Origin: Tubulanus polymorphus
Lineage: Eukaryota > Animalia > Nemertea
Direction of reading: 5' to 3'
DNA: 64,000 nt
Assembly: GCF_964204645.1 (NCBI RefSeq)
Contig: NC_134025.1
Coordinates: 20,497,101 to 20,561,100, forward strand
Positions within the stretch are counted from its first letter, which is position 1. Each line of letters starts with the position of its first letter. Made by a program: the position numbers and the translations under genes. The notes beneath the pieces were generated by a model that did not search any database, had not been told where the DNA came from, and worked only from the letters and a program-made list of their open reading frames with translations. Shown here one piece after another: positions 1 through 13,530 of this stretch.

Positions 1-297
1 AACCAAAGGCATGAGCATTTTTTATAAGCTTTTGACTCCTATTTGTAATATAAGAAGCCATTAAAAAGAACAATGATAGGGCCTATAGGCAGTTGTTGTA
101 GTTGTGTGATTTGACACTTAATTTTAACTAGATACAGTGACAAATGTATTTCACTAACATTAGCTACACCAAATTGGCGATCCAAAAACTGCTATTTGGA
201 AGGCAGGAGTGTAGGTTAAGAATGGACTTAAAGATATATATATATATACATGTACATCAAAACGTTGATAGCATGGATTCGAAATGCCTTCTTGAAA

Positions 298-3200
298 TCA
301 CTCCGGATATCGGCACAACTTGAGCGGGCTAAATAAGCGCCAAATCATGTGCGCAACTTGTTCTGGCAAATTCAGTACCACACAAGAGTATACGATACTT
401 CGTAAGCCCAGAATCTGGTGTGAATGCTTTAAACATTATTCCCACAGAAAACCACTGGCCATTATGATAATAAACCATTTTACAGTTGCTAGCCGCCATT
501 TTGTTAGGGTACTTTTGTCCCGTATTGTTGGGTCATTTTTTTCTCTTTTTTAAAAACTATCCGTGATGTGTATTGTATCATATTTCATCTGTCCATGGAT
601 GGATTTTGACAACTTCAGCAACATTCAAACCGCGTGAATCTCTAGTTTTCAGTTATGTAAAAATCATTTCTCAAATTTACAACAATGCGACATGAGAGCG
701 ATATAAAAATCGGTGGTCAGTTTTTGCCTTGCGCATAGAAATCCAGGGTACTGAAATTTGAAGTTCGTTATTTTCAGAAATAATTTTCTAAAAAATCCAA
801 ACATTTCAAGCACTGTGCGCATAAACGCCCCCTTTTAGGTGAACTTTGAAATTTTAAGATATCTTGCCTAGTTTTTTTCCTATGGCTCTTTAACTGCAGC
901 GCGTGTATTGTCATTCCGAGATTTGGCGCTGTTTTCTTTGCGTGTATTCCAGTATATGGGTGTTATTTCTTCATTTTCACTACACTTGTCTCTACGGAAA
1001 ATGGTTTTAATTGTTGGTACGAGTATCAGGTTTAAATATTACGGCATTAATACTGTATTCCGTTCTCCGGCGCTAGTTCGTAATGGTTGTAATGGTAACC
1101 GCTTTTACGGCAGGCAGAGGCTTACGTACATGCACCCAAGAAAACCCAAAATATCACTCTTTTGTTGTAAATGCAATCCACACACTTCTTGCGTTTTTGT
1201 GATGGTAGATGTCACTTTTTACTTTTTATCACCTGCGTCTGACATTCGAACTTGATACTTGATATTTCACCACCAAAACAAGAAAACGTTTTCCTATATT
1301 TTCTTCCCAATCTAATCAATCTTGAGTGTACTTAATAGAAAGTATTCATAGAAAATAGCTGAATATTTGCCCCACCCCATTTGTCCAGCTTTTTGACCAC
1401 TTCTCCATCCATCTAATTTCAGTAGATTTTTATGAAAATTTATTGATAGACTACTGATTTAAATGGTCATCATACTCGATTTTGAGTGCTATATTTCTTT
1501 TCTTCTTCCATCTCAATATAGGCCCATATATTCTCTTCCCGCGCGCAACTTCGAATGCGTGATCAAAATGCCGCTCAGTCTCGCTGCTAAAACTGGTCAG
1601 AAAAATCCCTTAAACCCCAACATCTCTAATGTCCCCGATCTATTATATTGCATAAACGACGTGATATTTAAACCTGATACTCGTACCAACAATTAAAACC
1701 ATTTTCCGTAGAGACAAGTGTAGTGAAAATGAAGAAATAACTCCCATATACTGAAATACACGCAAAGAAAACAGCGCCGAATCTCGGAATGACAATACAC
1801 GCGCTGCAGTTAACGTGCCATAGGAAAAAAACTAGGCAAGATATCTTAAAATTTCAAAGTTCACCTGAAAGGGGGCGTTTATGCGCACAGTGCTTGAAAT
1901 GTTTGGATTTTTTAGAAAATTATTTCTGAAAATAACGAACTTCAAAGTTCAGTACCCTGGATTTCTATGCGCACGGCAAAAACTGACCACCGATTTTTAT
2001 ATCACTCTCATGTCGCATTGTTGTAAATTTGAGAAATGATTTTAACATAACTGAAAACTAGAGATTCACGCGGTTTGAATGTTGCTGAAGTTGTCAAAAT
2101 CCATCCATGGACAGATGAAATATGATACAATACACATCACGGATAGTTTTTAAAAAAGATAAAAAAATGACCCAACAATACGGGACAAAAGTACCCTAAC
2201 AAAATGGCGGCTACCAACTGTAAAATGGTTTATTGCCACAGTATCATAATTTCCAGTTGACTCGCCCAGATTTTTCGCAAAACAGTTAAGTACTGCCGAA
2301 TACTAAATACGAATAACAACGGGTGGTATTTCATTCGAAGGTTGTAATATCATCTGGAATGGAAAATCTGATGATAGGAGGAAAGGCAAATAGAAATTCT
2401 ACAAACGCATATAATAACAATACATGTATGCACTGCACTGATTGTCTTGCATCGGATCAATTTCTTTTATATTTCATAAAACAATCGTACCATCAATTTT
2501 TTAATACAAAAACATGAGTAGATTCCACAGTTATTATGCTTATTTCCTTGTGTGTGTGTGTAATCCCGCTGGAAGCATTTTAAGGTTTAACTCTCAGTTA
2601 AAATCGATCAAGATTTTCAATTAGCTTTGTTGATTCTCGAGGCAAGTTTTAACTCAAGACTATCCTCATATATTTTTCGTATATCATACTTTACTTAGAT
2701 TCAAGAAAGAAATAGTTATTGTGGTCGGCAACAAATTCAGGGATATTCAATATTTTGACTCACTTCTATGAGCCATTTTCAAAACTGATTATGTTCTGAA
2801 AAAAAGTTTTGACAAGCCGTAGGCGTCAACAGTTCTCAAGCTCAAACTTGAACTCTGAAATTACCATTGCATTTTCGATATATTGGATCTAGGGCCAATA
2901 CTGGTAGCTGTTTGTCCACACATCTTTCTAATTTTGAACCCATTCCTGAATTATGAGATCATCTTAAAGGTCTTGTTACAGAAAAGTTTTTAGTGCCTAG
3001 TTCAACTGCTAGGTGGCGCACTTGGCCCATTCTTTGGACTACACAACTAGATCCCCAAACTAACATTGGACCTAAGTTTCTTCAAAAGCTAAAAGCTAAG
3101 TAGCTGAAAGGCCGAGACACACAGGCAGACAGTACGAGAATAACGGTCCCGAGGAAACCCGAGAACCAAAAATGGCGCATAGAATTAATTTGAAAATGGC

Positions 3201-6200
3201 TCATATAGAATTAAGTCGAAACGTCTCGATATTTTTTCTTCATATTGTGGGTTTTTCTTCAAATTTAGGGATCTTTTCGTCATCACATCTAACATCAACG
3301 TATATCATGTCGTTATAGGTCTAATCCTTGTGAAATTTCTAGCCTCAGGCTTCAACCAAATGATGAAAACGAAATGCGCTGTTAACAATATTTGATGCGT
3401 ATGCATTTTCATACCTAAAGGATACGTATGCATGACGGAGGTGCCACATGAAAAGATTCATTCAAAACCCCGCTAACACCAAATTTGAATCTCCACCCAA
3501 CTGACTCATCACTGCCAGTGGCATCCAATACAAAATCATCCACATTAAACTGTATATAGGCCTAAAAACCTTTCTATGTCGTTATGAAGAGTAATCAAAG
3601 GGAGGCAGCATTTGAATTTTACTGCATCACAGGATAGAATTCATCATGCGCTATATCTATACAATACCTAAACCTTCGAGAAAGAATATTCTATACATGT
3701 TGGGAAATCGACATTTCATAGAGCCTTTAGTTATCACTCCAGAACAGTGATATTTGATATGCAAACAACCATCAAGTTGTTCGATGCATTAAGGAAAGTT
3801 ATAAACTGATAAGATGTTAATCAGGACCCCAATTCCTTAGGTCGAGTTAAAAAAGTTGGCTTCAGTATAAACTAAACGAAAATAAACTACGTACTTCTAA
3901 ATTAAGGTTCTAACTCAAAATAGTTTGGACTGGTCTTGAATGGACAACATTATCCACGATCACACAGGCATTTTTAGCTCGTGCCAAATTTGACCCGAAA
4001 CAACTGTTCACACAGGTGCCAAATGGGCCCATGCCTGTTTGGCCCGACCAAACACATCAGACCAAGCCTGGCCCAATTTTAGCATGGGTCAAATTATTAG
4101 CCGCGATCACACGAGCATTTTTGGCCAGGGCCAAATTTGGCCCGTGCCAACTGAACCCCGTGAAAAACTGTTCACAGGGGTGCCAAATAGGTCCGAGCCT
4201 ATTTGGCTCGGACCAGGCCAGAGTCTAATTTTGGCACCAGACAAATGATTGTGTTTGAATTGCAACTGCCACCGGAAATGATCCACTTCGCTTTGTTTGA
4301 GCATTGTTTAGTATCGAGTGAATGGTTTGCGTGGAAACGCGCTCTCTAATTAGGCACGGGCCAAATTTGGCCTGAGCCTGATCCGTGCCAATTTGACCCG
4401 GGCCAAATCCTCTGCGTGTGATCGCGGCTATGGTATGTGAATTGCTACAGGTTCTGGAAGTTACACGCTTTGCTTTGTTTAAGCATTGTTTAGTATTGAG
4501 TGAGTAGTTAATGTGAATGTGTGAATGCATTCTCTTCACTAATCAGCTACTGGCTAAATTTCACTCAGGCTTGATCTGCGCCAATTTGGCCTGGGCCAAA
4601 TCGTCTCTGGGTGATGGCGGCTATCTCAACAAGAAGAAAGTTCTTACGGCCATTCCTAGCCAACGGCACCAGTGTACATCACACTCCAACTATATGCGAG
4701 AAAGCCAAAACATGACTTCAGGTGATATATCTTAAAGACAAATGAAGGACCAATAATAATGCAACTGTCTTGTTACACGACTGACTTAAACCATTACCAA
4801 AATGTAAAACGTAGCTGGATCAAATAAAACATTACCGTAAATAACCTTCAACGAGTTTCCCCATGGGCGCCACTTTAGAGATGCCATGATTGTTTTAGAT
4901 TTAGAATGAGCTGCTAGAACTTTATGAATTCTGTTTTAACACCACTAGATTATGTAAGTTTATAATCGAATTAGTGAACTAGTGTAGTTTACTCAGAATC
5001 TCTTATGAGTCTTTATTCTCATTGTTTTAGATCAGACGATAACTTTTGTACCATAACGTTTGCGCGATTTACCAGAATTTACCAGAAATAAATCCGTGGA
5101 CTCCAACTTGATCCCGTCTCGATATCCAGCCACCAGATTATTAGAACCACCCACAATTACCAACAACAATTAACATAAAAAATGTATATCTGCAATAGCA
5201 TCTGTATACCTAAGTCTACATCGTTCTCCTAAAAATCTTTAGGCCTACCTCAAATCCGCAATTCAGCATCGAGACTTAGTTTAGAACCAGTTAATCCCGC
5301 AGGAAAGTCAAACCGTTGTGTCGGGAATCCAGATTTTATTGTTAACTGGGGTGTCCAAACTGGACAATGATATTAGCAGGTTTTAAGCATCATCAGCCGT
5401 GCATGGATTTTCAGATGACGAAGAGCTTAAATTGAAGATGTACACACACATCTATCTCGCGCTGATTGATCATTCGTACGTAATAAGTATTTCTGATGGT
5501 CAATTACATACTATTGATACTTCACTATGATAGGATAGGCCCAAGCAGGATTTGACTCTCGATGTCGCGTAGAGAACGCTTAATTCATTTAATCGAATAC
5601 GTACGAGTGCCCTTCGGAATAATCAATCGGTGGATCTAGTGAACGAGATAGGCCTATAAGCCGCAGTCGCACTGAGACAACATGGTCCTGGCCAAATTAT
5701 CTCAGATCAGACTGGCAAACCACTCATTCGATACTTAACAATCCTTCGAAGTGAGTCATTTCTGGAACTAGTCGCAATTCAAACGCAATCTTTCGTCCCG
5801 TGCTCAAATTTGGCTGCTCGGGCCTGGTCCAACGTTTTATCTTGGGCCAAATTTGGCACGGGCCCATTAGGCACCCGTGTGAATAGTTTTTCCGGGCCAA
5901 ATTTAGCCCGGACCAAAACTGCTTGTGTGATCGCGGCTATAGTCAACAATGAAGCAGACGACTTAAGCACAATACCCCACGGTGAACATATGCGGATACC
6001 AATGACCTCTACATCTCTGAAAATGATTATGATTACAAAAGGTGCATCAGGTACCAATATGGAGATATTTAATACTAGCCAAGTACCCGCCCATGACCAG
6101 AGAGCTTTAAAATTTGAAAAAACTGAAAGAAGCAATGACGAGCAATAGTAGTTTAACAGATTGAAATAAGCTGATGCTGCCATCTGAACACATACGCATG

Positions 6201-9200
6201 AACTATCTGGTATGTCAATGATAAGTAAGGTTTTCACTCACGAAGTGTGGTACGAATGACGCAGTGGCTGAAGCTGGCAGCTGGCAAGCGAAGTGCCCGA
6301 AGCTGGATCTCGGTAGAGGTAATTTTTCTATTTTTAGGCATTGATGCTCTAAAAAACTTAAGGCCACTTTAAGAGATTACGTTATTTGGAACGGTCTTAA
6401 TTTTGCCCGTTCCAATTTAGAACTGACCAAACGTTCATACTAGCGAAAGGTCCATTCCAAATTTGTCCATTCCACTTTAGACCGTTCCAATCTGGACCAA
6501 TCTAAATGACTGATCGAGGTCCCTTCTAAATTTTGGAATGGACTGAATCTGAATGTTTGTGTGGACAGAAACTGGCTCCAGTTCCATCCTGCGTATTTTC
6601 TCATCACGCTGATTAATATAGTTTTTTTTTTGTTGATAGTTCGACCTGATTTCATCCATCAAAAGTGGCATGAACAATGATGATCTCATCATACTGATAA
6701 CCAATGAGAAAGGTATCTAAATGTTGTAGCAATAAATTCTCAATTGAATTGATTAAGCAGATATGACTGACAATAAATAGTTTATGTCAATACGCAATCA
6801 AAATCAACTGAATTTGAAGACATAAAACTATCTTAAAATCAGGACCATATGAAATAATCATGTCCATCCCCAACAAACAAGTAAAGTTGCATAAAACCTG
6901 TTTCAGGGCGCTATACGGTGTTTGAATTGGACGTTACCAAAATCTTGTAATTTGTTGAATATTTTGTTGAGACAAGTCTAAGAGGGTCACGGATTTTAAA
7001 ATCAGGACCATATGAAGTAATCATGTCCATCCCCAACAAACAAGTAAAGTTGCATAAAACCTGTTTCAGGGCGCTATACGGAGTTTGAATTGGACGTTAC
7101 CAAAATCTTGTAATTTGTTGAATATTTTGTTGAGACAAGTCTAAGAGGGTCACGGATTTTAAAATCAGGACCATATGAAGTAATCATGTCCATCCCCAAC
7201 AAACAAGTAAAGTTGCATAAAACCTGTTTCAGGGCGCTATACGGTGTTTGAATTGGACGTTACCAAAATCTTGTGATTTGTTGAATATTTCATTGAGACA
7301 TGTTTAAGAGGGTCAAGGGTACATAGCAACTGATAGGGGTCAGAATATTTGATGCGAAGAGGAGCAATTTCTCAGCATTTAAAACGCAAAAGCAATTTAG
7401 CAGCACCTCGTTTCCATTGATAAAAAATCTTTAATAGCACTTGATAGGGGTCTGAGAGTTGGACGCAAAAATGCATCAAATTTCCATTTAAAAAAAAACA
7501 CATCGGGTCAAGTTGCTCAAAAGTTGGTTAAAGATAACCAGTGGATAGATACCATAGTAAAAATGAACTTTTAATAGTCACTATGTCAACTATCCACTGG
7601 TTAACTCGAACCAACCTTTGAGCAACTGGCCCATCATCTTTAATAGGAGAGTCTACCATGCCCCCTAAGTCTGCTGATGAAAAACAGCAGATCCTTGGCT
7701 ACAAAAAATGCAAATTATTGGGTCGATACATACGATAAAAGTCTTACCTCGATTATATAAGAGTACCGTTTCTCCATGGCTGTCGTGCACGTTTTAATAA
7801 GCACATACCTGGTTACGACATATGAATACGATATCGAGAGAGCTATTCCCGGACAAGATTTGACGCAGATATGTTGTAGGCGACGGAGAAAAAGCTGCCA
7901 ATATGGCTAATGACGCAGAAAGGGATACGGCGCTATCTTAATGAAGAAGTTGATAGGCATTTTCCTACAGAAATTCGCTGATTTACAACAGAAGTGGCAA
8001 GATTGTAAATGGAAAATGAAACCAGTCAGTCCGGTGACCGACTGCCATATTTATTACGAACTTCTGTCCAGACTGGGATTACATATAGCGTTATCGGTAC
8101 AACAACACGAATAACATATAATGTACACAGGTACATTCATTCGGTATTGGAAAACCTACAGGTTGGGGTGGTACCCTACATGTTGATACTGTTTTCTTAC
8201 AAACCTAGAATGAATTATATTAATTCTAATATGCGAGTTTATCTTATTCATACCCTGGTGGACTTAGTTCCACAGTTGAAGAGTTTGAAGAGTTGACTGG
8301 AGATAATGAACTAATTTACCTCTGGTGACAAAATTAATCGCTGAGTTTTAAATTTGGTCTGTATGAGACAGATTTTATGATAAGTAATAAACTGCAATTT
8401 GATTTTAGGCTAGATATAAAAATGATATTAAATTTGAAAACTACATTAACCCTTTCAGTGCATCTACACCGCAGTGCGGTGTATAAATCAGTTATAGATT
8501 TTGCTAGTACACTGCAATGCGGTGTATGGATGTAATTAGTAATTATCTCTCTTGAAAAATTGCAGCACCTGTCAAACATAGTGAAATACTAGTAACTAAC
8601 GATACATTGCGACGCGGTGTAGATGCACTATTGTGGTATTCCCATTATTACACACTAGGGTGGAATTTTTAAAAATTTTTTCAAATTATCTCCAGCACTA
8701 TAGGGTAATTAGTCAGCACTGAAAGGGTTAATTAGCCTATTGACGATTTAGTGACTAGTTTTTTCAATTCAAGATTTGTGTCTTTTACCTGTAAATGAAT
8801 CTGTCGATAGACAGATTATCACCCATCTTCAGTGGTTTAGTTGATAAATTACATTCTATTTCAGAATGTTCATCTCTTTTAGGCCTATCGATTTCCGTGA
8901 AAACTTCTGTAATTTGTAATTTAATGATAAAAAAATCCATCTTAGAACTAGCTAAATTAATCAGATTAGTCTACGTGTCTTGGAACTAGTTTCTACGCAC
9001 ATACACACACAGGAATGGTCTGATCTAAAATTCAGAACAGACCTACACGTGGCTCTTTGGTCCGATCCAAATTGTTTGGCTCCAAAATAGAATGGACAAT
9101 TTAAGGGGTGGATTGAGGCTTGGAGAAAGGGAAGTTCACCTCATTTGACAAGGGCACTAAATCCACTAAAAAATTGCTTTTCAAAGCCTGTTTTATAGTA

Positions 9201-12200
9201 GCCTATTGCCCTGATACTAAGGACTGTAATTAGGATCAGTAGTTTTCTGCTCATTGAAGTGTCAATATTTCCCTTCAAAACTTAAAAGATAAGTAAAAGT
9301 AAAGTGGTGATTTTGGGCTGCCAGTCGGTCATATTGATGATTATCTGGCCAGTTTTTGGGCTGCAGATGTGTCTGGGAGATAAAAGTATAAACAAACAAT
9401 CAAGACAATTCATTGAAGCAAGTGTATTCAAGCTTCCAAAATTCCTGGATTGCGTCAAGGGACAGACAAAAGATAAGTGAACACAAAAGGGACTTAAGTC
9501 CCAAGTGCGCTAAACAACAGATACGCCATCTGATGGATATACTGGATAACAACTGTCAACACAAACATAAGAAAATTAATCATAAACAAATTATTTTACA
9601 CCTTGGACAACTTGGGGTCCAGGGTCACCATGCCTACTTGGAAAGTGTTCTGAACAGGGTCCCTACAGATCAGTCATTCCAGAATTCAAGGACTTTTTTA
9701 AGGAGTTTGCACGGAGAAAATTTGAAATTTCGAGGAGTGTACTCATCATTTTCATAATTATCCCCATTAGACCCTACAGTAGATTCCTCCTTAATTGGTA
9801 CCTATTATCTCGGTACGCCATTTAATTCATATCAGTGGAATCTGCGTGTAACGCCTACGACTACCTAGATCTAAAACCTAAACATTTTCTAATTGTCAAT
9901 TTCTAAAAAAACAAGGAGTTTTTCAAGCAATGTTTGGGCATTTTGCTTAAATTCAAGGATATTCAAGGACCTTGAAAAACATTATTGGTTTGGAAGGAGT
10001 TTTCAAGGAATCAAGGAGTCGTAGGGTCTGAAATACTCATCAATCTGACCATTTGAAAATTCAACACCACCTAACAAAAACCAATGACCTTGAGACTTAC
10101 ACCAATCATAGAACATAGGCCTTCTATAAGATGGCAATAGAATGTGGTAACAAAATGTCCATAGATGTCAATATAAATGGAAATACTATGTAATTTCACC
10201 ATTCATCGCCCCCTGGTGAATGTAAGCAGAAGCCAATGACCTTGAAAATCACCTTGATCATAGGAAGCGTCAAGATCTACAACTTAGCTATTACAAAATA
10301 AGCACAGTACCAATTGAGATTGAAATATTTAATATGTTTCAATATTAAATTGCCTGCTGGTGGTAAGAACAATACACTGGATGATCCCATTTTTACAACT
10401 GGCAAATGTGTGAATCTCTAGTATTCAGATGTAAAATTTGTTTCTCAAATTAACAACAATGCAACATGAGAGCGATATCAAACTGTGGCCAATTTTTGTC
10501 ACACAATTCAGAGTAGGCCTACTCAAGTTTGAAGTTTGTTATTTTCTAAAATGATTTTCAAAATCATATAATCAAAGGGGACCCCGAAAGTAGTTCATCG
10601 GAAAATGCCACTCATTTTTAGAATACAGAGAACAAGCTTATGAATTCAAACTTTTGTAGGTAGCAGATTAATTTATTTCATTTTCCCATAAATAGGGATC
10701 CGTCCCTATTCTTCACAACAATGTCTCCAATCCCTAGCTTAATATGACACTCAACTAGTAATCATTGCTTAGAATTTATTGGTGACATTTTATAAGGCGT
10801 CGAAAAACGAAGTCTTCAGAACTTACCCAAAGTAAGTTCGGTTTCAGGTGATGTTTACGAGGCATGTCATAGTCAAGGTAGTCATCATCATCTGAGTCAT
10901 CGCCACCTTCGAAATCAAGCAATGGCCTCTTCATCTAAAAATTTAAGAAAAAATCTGAAGGCCTACTAGTATCGATTGATTCAACTAGCTAGAGCTCGGG
11001 CTATTTCATTCAGCTTGGGGTAGGTCAAGAGTAATAAAAACTGCCTTTTCATAGGCGTCATTGAAATTTGCTTACTTCTTACTTCGAGAAGAAAACATTA
11101 TATGGGGGTCCAAGGACAGTTACTGCTGCACAACTGATTTCTTTTCAGATTAATCGCACGATTCAACGACGTAAAGACACTCAAACCTCGCGTAAACTAC
11201 AGAAATTCATTAAGGATAATTGTACGAGAAGCGGATTGGACAAATTATAGGCCTAAAGTAACAAACTGTTGAAGCGTTGTAGTATCTTCCCTTGTTTTTT
11301 TTTTATATGGTAGAGGATACTGGGTAAAAAACTGTTTGTGTCAGGCCCAGGTCACTGTGGTTGTGAATATGGTGACGGTCTGAATCGGCTGTAGGCACCT
11401 ATTGACAGTTGTTAGTTCTGATAGAATGGCACTTGGCAATGTGGAGGAGAGCGCCGTTTTATTAGTCTGAGTGTCATAAGTGTCATAGTGAGTGTCATTT
11501 AAAATGAACGTATTCAATTTTACATTGGGAAACGAAATTTTGTTGGTGGGCTATTTTCATTGTGATGTCGCTGTGTGGAGCCAGCGCCAGTGGGTCCACA
11601 TTGTCTTTTAAAAGACCAGTATCAGTCAAAAGACGCTTTTTTCTGATTTATTACAGATTACCCACTCTAAACACAGACAGAGATACATTCACTGCCGATA
11701 CATTCGAACCTGATGGTATCGCTACACTCAGCCACGGCACGAACCCCTGCCATACTCAACTAATTAGACGTAGTGCGCAGGTACAGGTCTAAGCTGGGCA
11801 CTCGGTCTAATGTCTATTTTAACCTGACTTGAGAGCATTCCTGGTGGCCTAGCTCAGTTAGTTTTGGTAGTACATACCTGATAGAAGTCTTATTAGGAAC
11901 AGAATGCATTGGCAGCTGACCTAAAATATCGTTTTTTAATCCACTTTAAACTGTATTGAAGGATATCCAAAAAATCTGCATTGAGAGGGGTTCCTGTGAG
12001 AAAAGAGACTCCATGATTTGAAAGTTTAACAATATGTCTCCATGCCTACCAACTGAAGTTTGGTACGTAGGCATGGAAACATATTGTTAAACTTTCAAAT
12101 CATGGATTCACCTCTTTTCATTAAACCCCTTTCAGTGAAGACTTTTTGGATATCCTTCAATACAGTTTCGAATGGATTAAAAATGATGATTTAGGTCGAC

Positions 12201-13371
12201 TGCCTGTCTTTTCTGGTCCTTTAAGACCTTTATCAGGTATGTACTACCAAAAATTAGCGAGCTAGGCCACCCGGAATGCTCTCAAGTCAGGTTGAAATAG
12301 ACATTAGTGTGGCAGGGTTTCAACGTGGCAATCTTTCACCCAGTCCTGGCAGTGGCTGTCTCCAGTGTATCTACGTTGCTCTACGAGCCTGTGTAACCAC
12401 CCACCCAGACACGTTCATTCAAATTCGCGTGACTTTTGCCGACAGAACTACTGTCGGCATTTTTGCCCGTGTTCAAACTGCAATATCTCAGCAATTAAAC
12501 AACCGATTTTGATAAATAAACTATCTACACTAACCTTATGACGTTTTGTGTTTGTTCATTATATTTGTTTGAGGATAAAGCCGATTTTAGTACGATTAAA
12601 TGTAAGATACAAAAATGATGCGCTGATTAGCGATGAGACACGCATCGCTCAAGTGTCTTATTGCTAACGAACTACAGTGTTACAATGCCAAGTTTCAAAG
12701 TGAAAAAAATGGTGTTATTTTTGCTATTTCTGTATTTAAATCGCATCAAGCACGGACTATGATGAAGAAACCTCCAAATGAATATAATAATAAGAAAACT
12801 GAATGTTTGAGGTTTGTAAAGAGAGTTTATTTTTCACAATCGGTTTAGTGAAACTGGATTTCTGGTGGTTTAAAGTCACAGTGATTTAAGAGTATCGAGA
12901 AAATGTCGTTCGTGTCTTAGTTAGTGTCTGTGGTACATCAGACACTAAGGTTCTTGGTGAAGGCAATCTCTGATGCCATCAGGTTCGAATCCTTGCTGGG
13001 GCCGGGGAGGATGCCCCCACACGGAACTTTATCCCAGCATAGCACATCGGCGATGCCTGGGGCTGTGCTGGGTAAAAGTGCAGATCCGCACCTCTCGTGA
13101 TTGACGCAATCGGTATGACTGCAGTTTAGGTGTCCCTAATGGTTATGTACCTAATTATAGGTTATAACCTTACCATAGGCATAACACTATTCTTTAATAA
13201 CACTAGCGCCACCCAGTGGATAGGTACCCAAACTGCAATTAGACCCAGACGGTTATAATCTTTCCCACACATGATTACAAAGTTTTGACACATTTCAGAC
13301 GCATTAAAACATGGGAATCGTGGTCAAATGTTTACGAAATTCAAACTCACCTCCTCACACCGGTCCGCCAT
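298..13371 (-). CDS. Putative multi-exon gene of unknown product (incomplete model)
   Basis: Best exons: 13371-13351 (MADRCEE, GTGAGT donor) joins in phase to 10934-10827 (tttAG MKRPLLDFEGGDDSDDDDYLDYDMPRKHHLKPNLLW GTAAGT). Other open, splice-bounded candidates: 8906-8789, 3561-3426 (AYIQFNVDDFVLDATGSDESVGWRFKFGVSGV...), and a possible last exon 414-298. I could not close the phase chain or recognise a family. Confidence 0.4.
469..2234. mobile_element. Non-autonomous DNA transposon/foldback element with ~570-bp terminal inverted repeats
   Basis: 469-1042 is a near-perfect reverse complement of 1661-2234 (AATAAACCATTTTACAGTTG...CAACTGTAAAATGGTTTATT). The ~620-bp core has no transposase ORF. 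Diverged partial copies at ~10404-10560 and ~56396-56675. Confidence 0.9.
2790..3170. repeat. Interspersed repeat fragment, with an inverted diverged copy at ~15479-15935
   Basis: Segments such as GGATCTAGGGCC, GATCATCTTAAAGGTC and CCCGAGAACCAA match the reverse complement of 15479-15935. Confidence 0.55.
3951..4623. mobile_element. Cluster of MITE-like elements with GGCCAAATTTGGCC motifs (complete copy 4098-4430)
   Basis: Inverted termini TAGCCGCGATCACAC (4098) and GTGTGATCGCGGCTA (4430), with internal reiterated palindromic GCCAAATTTGGC. Another partial copy at ~5795-5940. Confidence 0.75.
6833..7315. repeat. Tandem repeat, 3 copies of a 163-bp unit
   Basis: AGGACCATATGAA recurs at 6841, 7004 and 7167; the units are almost identical. 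Confidence 0.95.
7505..7632. mobile_element. Palindromic MITE, PIF/Harbinger-like
   Basis: GGGTCAAGTTGCTCAAAAGTTGGTT...AACCAACCTTTGAGCAACTGGCCC, flanked by a 3-bp ATC direct repeat. Half copy at ~14575-14610. Confidence 0.75.
8450..8727. mobile_element. piggyBac-type MITE
   Basis: TTAA at 8446-8449 and 8728-8731; 12-bp TIR CCCTTTCAGTGC/GCACTGAAAGGG. Confidence 0.85.
9655..10030. mobile_element. Degenerate MITE with reiterated TTCAAGGA motifs
   Basis: Imperfect termini CAGGGTCCCTAC...GTAGGGTCTG with internal TTCAAGGA repeats; no TSD seen. Confidence 0.4.
11681..12371. mobile_element. Foldback element with a ~500-bp imperfect palindrome core (11807-12307)
   Basis: CTAATGTCTATTTTAACCTGACTTGAGAGCATTCC... 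pairs with ...GGAATGCTCTCAAGTCAGGTTGAAATAGACATTAG around a short loop near 12050-12066. The outer arms share TTCGAACCTGATGG(C/T)ATCGC with copies at ~12970 and 34578-34880. Confidence 0.85.
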
Positions 13372-13530
13372 TTTGACATCAATCACATGATAATCAGCTG
13401 ATGATCACAACAAAAAATCATTTTTCGGACAAATAATCTCTCGATCAATGTAGTTTCTGTCCCCTTATGCTACTGTTCATTCATTATTTATTTGGAAGTT
13501 TTGTCGGAGCTTTAGCCGAAGTGTTATCAG
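13200..13530. promoter_or_regulatory. Probable divergent promoter region between the minus-strand gene and the CNST-like gene
   Basis: Minus-strand start in AAAATGGCGG context at 13371; CTCF-like CCACTGGGTGGCGCTAG (minus, ~13203-13219); E-boxes CACATG and CAGCTG. The first coding exon of CNST (15169) is preceded by an acceptor, implying an upstream non-coding exon. Confidence 0.4.

Noticed and set aside
4016-6237. Overlapping Gly/Pro/Trp-rich ORFs in the track
   Set aside because: They largely derive from palindromic GGCCAAATTTGGCC MITE sequence that is open on both strands.
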